This document shows, piece by piece, positions 1 through 9,261 of a DNA stretch of 64,000 nt. The stretch's first letter is position 1. Each line of letters begins with the position of its first letter. Made by a program: the position numbers and the translations under genes. The DNA comes from a virus (Duplodnaviria; Heunggongvirae; Uroviricota; Caudoviricetes), in the IMG/VR virus record IMGVR_UViG_3300042554_002914; one strand, 5' to 3'. The notes below the pieces were generated by a model. It was not told the origin of the DNA. It saw only the letters and a list, made by a program, of their open reading frames with translations, and did not search any database.

Positions 1-805
1 TAAAATTTTTGAATTTTTTAGGACCTAATGAAAAACCATCCAAAAAATTCTACATTTGAATGCATATTCTGCACCCTACTATCATATATTCGCGTAAAAA
101 TTATTTATAGTACACTCTTATCTAAATACCTATATAGATAAGTTTTGTTTATCAATGAGTTTGCTGTTAGTTCTCATCAGCCATCCAACTATCATCAAGC
201 CAATTTAAATACCAAGCCATTTATTCTCCGAAAGATATAGTCAGTAGGTCATCACCCTATCCGCAATCAGCAATCAATCCCCATAGCCAAGCACCAATTA
301 TCAAGGGCACTGTCCCAGACCCAATGGGCCTCATCTTGGAGCCATCTCTCAGGAAGCCCCAAAATATCAATAGCAGCCTCTGCCAAGGCGGTAGCACAAT
401 TGTACTCCCGAGCGTTGCCATACATCCAGCTTGAGATTGAGCGTTGGTTGAAGCCGGGGGTTGAACGGGCCATGGTTGCCTCCGTTAGTGACAGGGAAAT
501 TGTAGCACGGTGTCGGCGGGTTGTCAACTTATTGGCATCAATCCCCTTCGGAAACAACCTCGAAGTCCACCTCAAAGGGGCCATCCCACTCCTGAGCCCA
601 CTGGGGGGCACACTCGCCCATGAAGCGAAGATCATCCGACTGATGAGAGAATGGTTCAGGAACCGTGTCAACTACACAGACCCAAGTTGGAAGATTCCCC
701 CGACGCACAGGATAGGCAGTGTCCCCGACCCATTCTTGAGCTAGGAAGGTGCAGCGTAGGGTGTGGGCCATTGTGAGGTCGGTGGGTTTCGGTTGGTATG
801 GACCT

Positions 806-846
806 ATTGTAGCATGGTTGCCGTGGGACCGTCAACCCCCTAGCTT
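806..846 (-). promoter_or_regulatory. type-I sigma70-like promoter repeat (minus strand reads GGGGGTTGACG-N18-TACAAT with an extended TGC)
   Basis: Plus strand reads tattgtagcatggttgccgtgggaccgtcaaccccc. It is the first copy of a family of more than 30. Confidence 0.6.
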
Positions 847-879
847 CAAGGATTGGCAAGCACGGTTTCCGGTGGGTCG

Positions 880-1053
880 TCAACCCTGCTCTTCTACACT
901 TAAAAAGTCCAGTTGATTGTCTACCCAATCCCAATAACCCAAGTTGGTTGACCCTTCATTAACTTCATCTTGCCATCCCTCTCGTGAAAATTGGGGGTGA
1001 GACCCCCACACCCCACCGTTGGCTTTTTGAAGTTGTTCGGTAGTGGTTTCCAT
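880..1053 (-). CDS. small hypothetical protein (57 aa) lying between two promoter repeats
   Basis: ATG at 1051-1053 and TGA at 880-882 read on the minus strand. It is below the 60-aa cutoff of the ORF track. A type-I promoter copy sits directly upstream at 1097-1138. The stop codon lies inside the -35 box of the next promoter. Confidence 0.25.
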   Translation of the reverse strand: METTTEQLQKANGGVWGSHPQFSREGWQDEVNEGSTNLGYWDWVDNQLDFLSVEEQG

Positions 1054-1096
1054 TGCGGTCGTTGCGTTTGGTTGTGGTTGGCTTGGTTCTGACTTA

Positions 1097-1138
1097 GTTT
1101 AGCATGGTTGCCGATGGGGAGTCAACCCCCTAGCTTCA
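1097..1138 (-). promoter_or_regulatory. type-I promoter repeat
   Basis: Plus strand reads tagcatggttgccgatggggagtcaaccccc. Confidence 0.6.
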
Positions 1139-1198
1139 AGGATTGGCAAGCATGGTTCTGGCAGCGGTATCAATGCCAGGTCATTTACCAAGTGGCAA

Positions 1199-1567
1199 TC
1201 AGCGCCGGCACAAATAACCCCCGGCCCAATCAGCCCGCTGATAGCAACTCTCAGGATCCTCCAACAAATTGTAACGAATACCCTTGGCCGGGGCCTTCCA
1301 ATTGGCTGCCTTGTAAACATTGCCGGTTACCCTATCGATGAAAGCATGAATAGAACGATTGCCGGACGTTGACATTATGATTTTCAGGTACTTGTTCCCT
1401 TCCTCTACTGTGAACACGGGGGCATAACCCTTGCCAACCCCATTAGGATTAAACCGCGCATAGTTATCAGCTAGGGCCGCGCATAGCTTGAGGGTGGCGG
1501 TGAGAACCGGGCTAGGTGCCTTAGGGGTGGTAGCTTCGGGATTCGTGGCCAGTTCGGTAGCAATCAT
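1199..1567 (-). CDS. hypothetical protein
   Basis: 122-aa minus-strand ORF. A consensus TTGACA-N18-TATAAT promoter lies just upstream at 1603-1640. Confidence 0.45.
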   Translation of the reverse strand: MIATELATNPEATTPKAPSPVLTATLKLCAALADNYARFNPNGVGKGYAPVFTVEEGNKYLKIIMSTSGNRSIHAFIDRVTGNVYKAANWKAPAKGIRYNLLEDPESCYQRADWAGGYLCRR

Positions 1568-1602
1568 GGCGGGTCGGGAACGGTGGTGTTTGGTTCCTGC
1601 CT

Positions 1603-1640
1603 ATTATACGCCTTAGGGGCTCAAACTGTCAAGGCATCGT
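1603..1640 (-). promoter_or_regulatory. consensus sigma70 promoter TTGACA-N18-TATAAT (minus strand)
   Basis: Plus strand reads attata...tgtcaa. It lies upstream of 1199..1567. Confidence 0.55.
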
Positions 1641-1934
1641 CAAGGGGCCATCAGGGAGCCAGAATGGCAAAAAAAGCAAAAAGCCAAGGGACCCCCACCG
1701 AGCCGAGGCTCAGAAACCCAGTCACTGTCAGGGATTTTCCCTTACTGTGGTTGTCTTCATTTGAGAATGCCCTAGGTGGGTGTTCCTAATTGTTGTTACC
1801 AAAGTTTCAAACCTAAAAAATTGAAAAATTTGAATTTATTATATTTTTCTAATATACCAACACACTATAATGTCATAATGCCATAACAGTATAACACTAT
1901 CGTTATATGGGCATAAAGCCATTAACCCTGGAAA

Positions 1935-2779
1935 CTATGCTCCAACCACCTGATCATCAAAATACTCATTAAGCAAGAAGTTAATTTCCCGAATAGACAA
2001 GGCCTCAATGAAAGCAACATTATTGTAGAATCTACTGAAATCTACACCCCTCAAAGCATCCAACACAGTATCATCCGCAATCTTCAAAAACATTTGAGTT
2101 GTGTTATTTTCCCTGGAGAAATCTACCTTGAGCCTTCCACAACCCCTACCAAAAATAGTCAAACTAACATCAGCATCTTGAGGCTTTACCTTCTTGATAT
2201 AGCCCCTATCTTCAACCTGAATTTTCTCCCTGACATAATCCCTCTTCTCCCAAATTTGAAACACCGTATTCAACTTTCCTTTACTTGCTTTACCACCATC
2301 GTAAACATAGTCGATGCTTAATTCTTCATCGTAAATGCAATGGAAGTAGGGGTCCAACCTGTCAATAACCGACCATTTTCTCCAACTCTTAGGTACAATA
2401 AACCCTATATAAACAGCAACCTGGGCGCACTTATTGAAAAATGGGATTGATAACTTATTGGCCCTACCAAACGGAGGATTAGTCAGAGTAATGCAACCAC
2501 TGAGACTGGAAATGTCCTCGTCTAAAAATTCCCAGTCAAACGGCAAGCGGGATGCTTAGGTTCGATGTCATAGGACACTATTTTAGTTGGGTTAATTCCA
2601 CTAGCAACTAAAGCATCAATAAATGAGCCAGTCCCACCAGCAGGTTCTAACCACATTCTATTCTTAAGTGTGTTTCCAATACCGTCGAAAATAACCCTAC
2701 CCATAACCTCAACACAATACCCCGAAGTATCCCCTGGAGTATAGTACTGTTCAGTGCCAGTTACTCTGTCCCTTTGCAT
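1935..2779 (-). CDS. N6-adenine DNA methyltransferase split into two ORFs (2522..2779 and 1935..2546); frameshift or pseudogene
   Basis: The N-terminal ORF has QYYTP and motif I (LEPAGGTGSF). The C-terminal ORF has NPPFG (motif IV). The two ORFs overlap by 25 nt in different frames at a T5/A5 run. Combined length is about 281 aa, typical for a Dam-like methyltransferase. Confidence 0.55.
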
Positions 2780-2878
2780 TGATTTACTTCGATTACTTGA
2801 CGATTCTGATTTTAGTGAAAACGATGCAGTGAAGGCATGGTAAGTTTCCAGTAGGAAATGATTACGGCACAGGCAAGG

Positions 2879-3250
2879 TCAGGAAACCGAATAGCCAACA
2901 TAACCGTAACCAACCGCGATGCTAGCATCAACTTTGACTTTCAAGGCGCGGCAGCGGCAGGCTTGCCAGAGCGGCCCCAGTGAATAGCTGCGCTGCTGTG
3001 ACTTAAACCACGACAGGTGCATGTCAAGCTCTTCTGCTGGCCCAAGGTCTTCAAGGCCTAACGTGATACCATGGCGATCGGCAAACCGCCAGGCGGAAGC
3101 GTCAAGGCGCTCACGGTCTTCGGCGGTGGATTTACGGATGACGGATAGGGGCATCGTAGGCGAAACGGTGGGATGAGTGACGGGTAGGTCCCGGCGGCGT
3201 GAGGGAAAAAGGCTGAAATTAAGAATTGAAGTGGTCATATTCGTAATCAT
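2879..3250 (-). CDS. hypothetical protein
   Basis: 123-aa minus-strand ORF. Confidence 0.4.
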   Translation of the reverse strand: MITNMTTSILNFSLFPSRRRDLPVTHPTVSPTMPLSVIRKSTAEDRERLDASAWRFADRHGITLGLEDLGPAEELDMHLSWFKSQQRSYSLGPLWQACRCRALKVKVDASIAVGYGYVGYSVS

Positions 3251-3395
3251 CTAAATCTAGATCCTCCATGGATTGATTCATGAACTCTTTTTCGGTTAGT
3301 GGCATCACACTTTCTGGCAGCGTGGCATACGGATTAGTAGGCCAGCTATTAAGGAGCCGATCTCTAAGCGCATGGTTGACTTTGCGTTTGCCCAT
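3219..3395 (-). CDS. small hypothetical protein (start MGKRKVNH)
   Basis: The ORF track starts this ORF at a GTG inside the promoter -10. The ATG at 3393-3395 after the conserved leader is the more plausible start. Confidence 0.35.
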   Translation of the reverse strand: MGKRKVNHALRDRLLNSWPTNPYATLPESVMPLTEKEFMNQSMEDLDLDDYEYDHFNS

Positions 3396-3480
3396 GGGGA
3401 TTGCGGTTTGTGGAATCTGACTTCCATAGTATAGCACACGGGAGACCGAACCGAACCGAACCCCCCCCCTATGCCAGTTG
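3391..3480 (-). promoter_or_regulatory. promoter plus conserved 5' leader cassette, copy 1 of 3
   Basis: The extended -10 is TGCTATACT. The leader GGAAGTCAGATTCCACAAACCGCAATCCCC-ATG is conserved. The other copies lie at 4711-4795 and 5075-5160. Confidence 0.5.
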
Positions 3481-3491
3481 CTTAATTGTCC

Positions 3492-4352
3492 TTAAATCAA
3501 AGATAAATCAATACCGTGGGTATCATACCACCACTCTTTTGTTTTATCTGGATGTTTGTCTTTAATCTTCAAGTATCGTGAAGTTATTTTACTTTGCCGG
3601 TTAACTTCGTCAGCAAAAAATTGATGCTCAATAGTTTCCCCACTTTTGTAGAGTTGGCGCAATAATTTACGCAAAACATACTCCTGTTTTTGGTTTCCAG
3701 GTTTATACCCAGACTCTATTATTTTGTAGATGGTTTCCTTTAAAGTTTCCGTTGAACTTTTTACTGGATTCCCTAAAATACTTTCAATTCTTTCCAATCC
3801 GAACCCAACATCAATAAACTGTCCAGATGTATTAACAATGTTACCAATTTCTATTCCATTCTTATAAAATTCAGTGCAGTAACCACCGAGTTCACCATCA
3901 CTCCAGACACATTCTGAATCGTATCTAATTTCCAAATCAGGGTAATCGGAATAAAAATACTTCCAAGAGTCATATTTATCTGGATGTATGGTCACATAAT
4001 CTATTTTAACTTTTAGTATATCATTAAGGAACCTCATCCAAAAATGAATGGTTTGTTGCATCGTCAATTCACCAAAGGAAAAAAGACCCAACATATTAAA
4101 ATACAATAAATGAGACCCATCACCAATTTCATCTAAATCCTGTAGGCGGATGCAAGATTGGCTATTAGCGATAGATGTATTATCTGGATTTTTAAACTTG
4201 TCCTTAAACTGTTGCATTCCAGCAGGACAAAATAGGGTAGTGTCGTCATAAGGCTTCACGCTATCGTCCACCTTAAATGAAATGTTATTACTCTCGCAAT
4301 AACTCCGGTACAGGTCTACTACTTCAGTCATTTTTAACGTATGATGAGCCAT
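3492..4352 (-). CDS. alanyl-tRNA synthetase catalytic-core homolog (aminoacylation domain only, 286 aa)
   Basis: TTLFCPAGMQQFKDKF aligns with AlaRS DPTLLFTNAGMNQFKDVF. LGLFSFGE aligns with LGNFSFGD. VGFGLERI aligns with DTGMGLERI. EYVLRKLLRQL aligns with GYVLRRIIRRA. There are no tRNA-recognition, editing or C-Ala domains. Confidence 0.75.
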   Translation of the reverse strand: MAHHTLKMTEVVDLYRSYCESNNISFKVDDSVKPYDDTTLFCPAGMQQFKDKFKNPDNTSIANSQSCIRLQDLDEIGDGSHLLYFNMLGLFSFGELTMQQTIHFWMRFLNDILKVKIDYVTIHPDKYDSWKYFYSDYPDLEIRYDSECVWSDGELGGYCTEFYKNGIEIGNIVNTSGQFIDVGFGLERIESILGNPVKSSTETLKETIYKIIESGYKPGNQKQEYVLRKLLRQLYKSGETIEHQFFADEVNRQSKITSRYLKIKDKHPDKTKEWWYDTHGIDLSLI

Positions 4353-4412
4353 TGCATTGCAAAGTGAATGGTTATGAGTAAATAGTGGTCAGCTAAATTG
4401 TATAAGACATCT

Positions 4413-4716
4413 TTAATCTTCAAAGTTATCCCCAAATTCTCTTCGCAGTACCCTATACTTTTGAAGCCGTCTTTTTCTTTCTTGGCTCGCTTGATACTCA
4501 ATATCAGTTTCTTCACGGTTGAAGTAAGGTATCAATCCGATGATGCACCCATCGTAGTTTTCACACTCTTCAAAATACACATACCCCTTGGTTTTCAATT
4601 CTTGAAACCTCTTAATTGCATCATCAATTGAGCCTGCTAAATGAGCAAAACCAATGCTGCTCCACTTGACGCTAACCATTTTTCTTTTCAGTGTCGTTGA
4701 TGTTGAACTTCCCCAT
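4413..4716 (-). CDS. hypothetical protein (start MGKFNINDTEKK)
   Basis: The ORF extends upstream to the ATG at 4714-4716 directly after the conserved promoter/leader cassette. Confidence 0.45.
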
Positions 4717-4795
4717 TGGGGTTACGGTTTGGGGAATCTGACTCCCATAGTATGGCACCCTCGGCCCCGAACCGAACCTCTCCTATGCCAATTTC
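4711..4795 (-). promoter_or_regulatory. promoter plus conserved 5' leader cassette, copy 2
   Basis: The roughly 90-nt element is conserved and precedes the ATG at 4714-4716. Confidence 0.5.
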
Positions 4796-4848
4796 CCGTG
4801 TGTCACTTTTAATTTAAATCAATACAACCCGGTAAACGACCTAGGAAG

Positions 4849-5079
4849 TCAACCATCCCTCAAATAAGACGTAACAATGACGGGCACCCTATCGGGCCAC
4901 ATATAAGACCCAGTATCCTCCAGACCTTCTATCACACAGGTAACTTCTACTTCACCGCCGTCTGGGGTTTTATAGATCTTAGCGCTACACTCTTCTGCTG
5001 CAGAAGGACTATAAAATGCTAGTCGTTGCTTGGTGGAGTTTGCATCTCTCAAAAACAATTCGGGGCAGAATGAATCCAT
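4849..5079 (-). CDS. hypothetical protein (start MDSFCPELF)
   Basis: ATG at 5077-5079 follows the third copy of the leader cassette. The longer ORF in the track starts inside the cassette. Confidence 0.4.
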   Translation of the reverse strand: MDSFCPELFLRDANSTKQRLAFYSPSAAEECSAKIYKTPDGGEVEVTCVIEGLEDTGSYMWPDRVPVIVTSYLRDG

Positions 5080-5160
5080 TGGGGGTTGCGGTTTGTGGAA
5101 TCTGACTCCCATAGTCTAGCACACGGGAGGCCTAGCCAGACCCCACCTATGCCAATTCTC
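5075..5160 (-). promoter_or_regulatory. promoter plus conserved 5' leader cassette, copy 3
   Basis: The roughly 90-nt element is conserved and precedes the ATG at 5077-5079. Confidence 0.5.
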
Positions 5161-5225
5161 AGGGTGTCACCACCATCCTGCGTGCGATAAATAAATCAGC
5201 ACTACAATAACCACACCATCCAAAA

Positions 5226-5804
5226 TCAACCCGATGGCCCCTTAAGTTTAACCGGAAAGGTAAGTTCCCCAATGTCAACCTTCACCGGTTGTAAATCACC
5301 ATCCTCAATAATCCAAACATTTTTTGCAATATAATCATTTCGGCCCTCTTGCATTGAAAGACCCCTATCAATCCCCACGGTCCTACCTTGATACACCGCA
5401 GTTGAATGATGAACCAACAATTGATTAGTATAGTCTAATTTATACGAAGCATCAACCTCTGACTCAAAATCAATATACTTTTTGTAATCATCTTCATCTT
5501 CAGCAAGAGAACGCACAAAGGCGGATACCCTGTCAAATACCCCCTTACTAACCCATTGAATCTCAACAGGCTCTTTTCTCCCACTTCGAGAAGTAATACA
5601 AATTAGTTCTCCATCAAGATATACCGCATTATCACCTACCCAAGTATCAGTACAGTTCCATGCTGAAACGGGGCGATAAGTAAACCCATTGCTCTCAAGG
5701 TCCACCCAATTATAGCCGCCAAAGATTTCTTCAAAAAATTCACTACCCCCGGTATAAGGGAGTTCTTCGCTATCTAATCTTTGGAGTAGTTCGGATAGTT
5801 TCAT
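5226..5804 (-). CDS. hypothetical protein
   Basis: 192-aa minus-strand ORF. Confidence 0.5.
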   Translation of the reverse strand: MKLSELLQRLDSEELPYTGGSEFFEEIFGGYNWVDLESNGFTYRPVSAWNCTDTWVGDNAVYLDGELICITSRSGRKEPVEIQWVSKGVFDRVSAFVRSLAEDEDDYKKYIDFESEVDASYKLDYTNQLLVHHSTAVYQGRTVGIDRGLSMQEGRNDYIAKNVWIIEDGDLQPVKVDIGELTFPVKLKGPSG

Positions 5805-5858
5805 TTGGTTGATTGACTGGTTTTAATGGTCATTTTTGATAGGCCCAAGGCCCAGGAC

Positions 5859-6539
5859 TCAATAAGAAACGCACCGGACGGAACGCACACAGCTAGTGTT
5901 GCTTTTGTTGAGGCTGCACTGGTAACCATTAAAGAAGCTGACGCAACAAGCGTTGGACGCAATGAACTCGCTAGAACTCCAATACCATGTCTTATTAAAT
6001 TCCTTAGGAATTACTTTATATGCAAGGTTCAGTTGCTCTACTGTAGGAACAAACCACTGAGAAGGAATAAAACCCTGAGAAGCAAGCCTATCAAAAACTT
6101 CCGAAAATTCCTTAGACCAAGGGCAAGAAACTTCCGTCGATTTCGGTGCAGCAACCAAGGCAAGACCGTTCTCTTTCTTCAGAACAATCGAACCATCCTC
6201 AAGGGTATCGCCCACTTCTGCATCTTGGATGCTAGGTGACGGCTCGGACTCAAGTTGCTCCTTTAGTTTTGCCAGTTGTTGTTCGGTGTCCTTAATGGAC
6301 TGGAGTAATTGCCTGTAGGTACTCATTGTTTCTACAATCTTCTCGATCTTCACAATATCCTTTGGGTGTTGGCAATCATAGGAAAGATAATATCCCCCAG
6401 GGCCCCACATACAATCACTAAGTTTGAATGGATAGTAACCACTCTTCGAATTTAATTCAATAGTGCCCGTAAGAACGTCGCCATCACGCAACGTAACCGT
6501 TACTTCTTTGCCGACAAATTGTTCAAGATTGATGTTCAT
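5859..6539 (-). CDS. hypothetical protein with a DUF1566-like C-terminus (WYWSSSEF)
   Basis: The N-terminus (NLEQFVGKEVTVTLRDG) is paralogous to 15805..16317. The C-terminus (VGDTLEDGSIV..WYWSSSEF) is paralogous to 32855..33301. Confidence 0.5.
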   Translation of the reverse strand: MNINLEQFVGKEVTVTLRDGDVLTGTIELNSKSGYYPFKLSDCMWGPGGYYLSYDCQHPKDIVKIEKIVETMSTYRQLLQSIKDTEQQLAKLKEQLESEPSPSIQDAEVGDTLEDGSIVLKKENGLALVAAPKSTEVSCPWSKEFSEVFDRLASQGFIPSQWFVPTVEQLNLAYKVIPKEFNKTWYWSSSEFIASNACCVSFFNGYQCSLNKSNTSCVRSVRCVSY

Positions 6540-6573
6540 TGGTGGTAGGTGGTGGTGGCCCTGGTAACGAACC

Positions 6574-6603
6574 CACTATAGCACAATGCCAAGGCATCGT
6601 CAA
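6574..6603 (-). promoter_or_regulatory. type-I promoter repeat (TTGACG-N17-TATAGT with TGn)
   Basis: Plus strand reads ctatagcacaatgccaaggcatcgtcaacccc. The spacer contains the palindrome ATGCCAAGGCAT. Confidence 0.6.
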
Positions 6604-6996
6604 CCCCGAGGCTCAACCCGAGGCTCAACCCCACCGGCAGTCACAAGCTCCCGCCAGCGTAAATCTGCCGCCTCACCCACAAGATAATCCACACAATCAT
6701 GCCAATCCCCTCCCCTTACCCCGTGACTCAACAATCTCTGCAATGCCACAGCTAAAACCTCAGAAGTCGGCAACGGCCTTCCACTTTCCTTCCGAGACCT
6801 TGCCAATAAGGACACATCCCGGCAGGCTTCATTGCAGGCGGCTTCAATTTTGAGCGATTGATTGCTGCTGGTGGGAGTGGTAGTGGTAGCGGTGGCGGTA
6901 GTTTCCATGGTTGTTTGTAAGTGAGGGGTCGGAAGGTGGCCGATGCAGGTATTATACATGACAAGTTGGCAGCCGCACGGGGCCGATACCAGCTAG

Positions 6997-7614
6997 TCAA
7001 CTGGCCAAATCAGCAAACAGCGGCACAAAAACCGGATTACCAGTACCCGCCATTAGCTCATAAGTAGCATCCTCAGCGGCATACCCGACAACATACCCAG
7101 CGTCATTGGAGGCAACGGACGCGGCCCCTGCCCCCAGGGTGGTGGTTCTGTGGGCACCGCTGATAAGAATCGAACGGGCAACCCAGCGGGCGGTGGGGTC
7201 TAGGGCTCGGTAACGACGAGAAACTTCTAGCCGTTGGTGAGTCGTAAGAGTATCAATAAACCACCAAAACTTCATAACCGCATGGCAATTCTTCCCGAGG
7301 TATTTCTCAGGACTTGTCAAAACATCAGACGGGGCCCCCGGTTGACCGTCGTTAATTAAGCGGAGCAGAACTGAATGGGCAACTGAAATACCCAAAAGTC
7401 TAGCAACTTCGCGGTCTGCCTTACCTGGGGCAGTGTTACGAAGATCCTCTTCGCTATAACCGCCAATCTTGTATAATGCCTGTCCTTGGGCACACATACA
7501 GGTTGTTGGCTCTTTACCGTCGCCAGGCGGCTCTTCGGAGATTAGTCTACGCTTAAAGGGGATATTCCGGGGATCTACCCAAAATGCTAGAAGTGTTTCG
7601 GCTGCGGTGTTCAT
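6997..7614 (-). CDS. hypothetical protein
   Basis: 205-aa minus-strand ORF. Confidence 0.45.
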   Translation of the reverse strand: MNTAAETLLAFWVDPRNIPFKRRLISEEPPGDGKEPTTCMCAQGQALYKIGGYSEEDLRNTAPGKADREVARLLGISVAHSVLLRLINDGQPGAPSDVLTSPEKYLGKNCHAVMKFWWFIDTLTTHQRLEVSRRYRALDPTARWVARSILISGAHRTTTLGAGAASVASNDAGYVVGYAAEDATYELMAGTGNPVFVPLFADLAS

Positions 7615-7685
7615 TGCTGATCTGGTTGTTTACTTAGTAATGGTAACAGAGAGCGGGGTCGTTCGGTTGGCTGGGGCACCAGTTC

Positions 7686-8108
7686 TCAGGTTGTTTCCCC
7701 CGCAATACTAGACATCAATTCTTTGGCTTGTGAAACAAACTCTTTCGTCTCTTCTTCGTGCCAGTAGTAGTTACCCTGCCAATCGTGAGTTTCCAGAAAA
7801 AACAACATTTCCTTGGCATTAAACCACTTGATTTTATTAACCAAGTCTTGACGAAGCTCTTCTACTTCTTCATATGAATTACAACCTTGGAGCCAATCGC
7901 AGCCGCTGCAACTTCCCCAGCCAAAAATAAAAAAGCCATAACTTTCCCCTTTCTTGAGGATGAGACGGCTATCCCCCTGATAATCACTGTCGTCTACTTG
8001 AAGAAGAATTTCGCCAAAACTCTCAAGTAGGGGTTGATAGTCACAGAAACTGAAATAATCCGATTCATTGTCTAGGGGATACAAACTTTTAACGATGGAT
8101 AGTTCCAT
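7686..8108 (-). CDS. hypothetical protein
   Basis: 140-aa minus-strand ORF. Confidence 0.45.
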   Translation of the reverse strand: MELSIVKSLYPLDNESDYFSFCDYQPLLESFGEILLQVDDSDYQGDSRLILKKGESYGFFIFGWGSCSGCDWLQGCNSYEEVEELRQDLVNKIKWFNAKEMLFFLETHDWQGNYYWHEEETKEFVSQAKELMSSIAGETT

Positions 8109-8191
8109 AATGAATTTTTCAAGGATAAAGATAGTATGGTCGGTTAAATGGTCGTTTGGTTGGTCAGTGTACCAGTTGTTAAAGTGTCATG

Positions 8192-8962
8192 TCATTTCGA
8201 TTTGTTCTCAAGAAAGGGAGCAATTCCTAGCCAATCGTTATGCTTTTCCGGGTAGAGCACATGGAGATAGCTACTGATGTGCTCAGGAATCCTACAAGAG
8301 AAAGACTTATCGGCTTTCACAAATTCATAGATTTTTGCATAGGTTTCTTGGTCGGGGCGAATGATAATGTCACTGATGCATTTATCACAACCATCGTGAC
8401 AATTATAATAAGGAATGTTCTCAATCTTCAAATCTTCTTTATTAAGAACCCAGGGATGTCCTTTAAGATACTCCAAAAGTTCGGGGAGAATACAGTGTTC
8501 GTTACTGAATGGAGAGCCATTGTAATCAAACCTATAGGGAAGAGTATATGGAACAGCATTTGAATTAAAAATCATATGACCAGAACTATAAAACCAAATA
8601 AGATTCTTTTCAGAAATGTTACCTTCAAGAATCTCTTCATCACTCATTTCGTGGCATTCACAGTCCCAAAATGGATTATTAGTTTTAATGCGTTCAAAGA
8701 ATGAATCCTTAACAAATGTAGGTCGGCACCCCTTAAGAACTTTCAGGTTCCTATCTTTGACCGCATTGATAACTTCAACTACTGCGGAAGTCTTACCTGA
8801 TGGCTCCACCGTGGAAGTCGTCACTTGAAGATAGGCAAGACTCTTATCCACACCGGGAATAATGTAAGATGCAATCTCCGTAAATGTTGTGTGACGGGTA
8901 TTTTCAAATGATGCGAGTTTCATGGTTGGTTGTGGGGAGCGGTTTAGTGTCAATCTGACCAA
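8192..8962 (-). CDS. hypothetical protein, possible P-loop NTPase (VEPSGKTSA)
   Basis: 256-aa ORF with a Walker-A-like SGKTS near the N-terminus. The C-terminus is cysteine-rich. Confidence 0.4.
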   Translation of the reverse strand: MVRLTLNRSPQPTMKLASFENTRHTTFTEIASYIIPGVDKSLAYLQVTTSTVEPSGKTSAVVEVINAVKDRNLKVLKGCRPTFVKDSFFERIKTNNPFWDCECHEMSDEEILEGNISEKNLIWFYSSGHMIFNSNAVPYTLPYRFDYNGSPFSNEHCILPELLEYLKGHPWVLNKEDLKIENIPYYNCHDGCDKCISDIIIRPDQETYAKIYEFVKADKSFSCRIPEHISSYLHVLYPEKHNDWLGIAPFLENKSK

Positions 8963-9261
8963 AGGCTACTATAGCACGGTGCCAGAGCAGGGGCAATCCC
9001 TTCCCCCACCACATCTTGCAGCATGTTCCTAAGACGGCTCATTTCCTCCTTATCACCAGCCAACAGCCATCCAAAGCGAACATAATTGTTACTATATTCC
9101 TCATCCAAAATTGTAAACAGAACTTTAGCCGTCCTCTCTGGGATGACAATTGTAACACCTTTAGAAACTTCCATGAACCCTCCGGGGTTGTGATTTGAGG
9201 TTGAACAAGCACACTATAGCACAATGCTAAGGCCCTGTCAATGCGATCAAGTGTTGTTGGC

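Noticed and set aside
267-771. Gene calls for the overlapping minus-strand ORFs 267..671 and 538..771
   Set aside because: The two overlap in different frames. Neither has recognisable motifs. They may be one frameshifted gene or one real and one spurious ORF. The sequence alone cannot decide, so neither was annotated.
668-1320. ORFs 668..934 (88 aa) and 1099..1320 (73 aa) from the six-frame track
   Set aside because: Both contain the peptide ..PCLPILEARGLT.., which is simply the translation of the repeated promoter element (CCTTGAAGCTAGGGGGTTGACG..). They are read-throughs of non-coding repeats.
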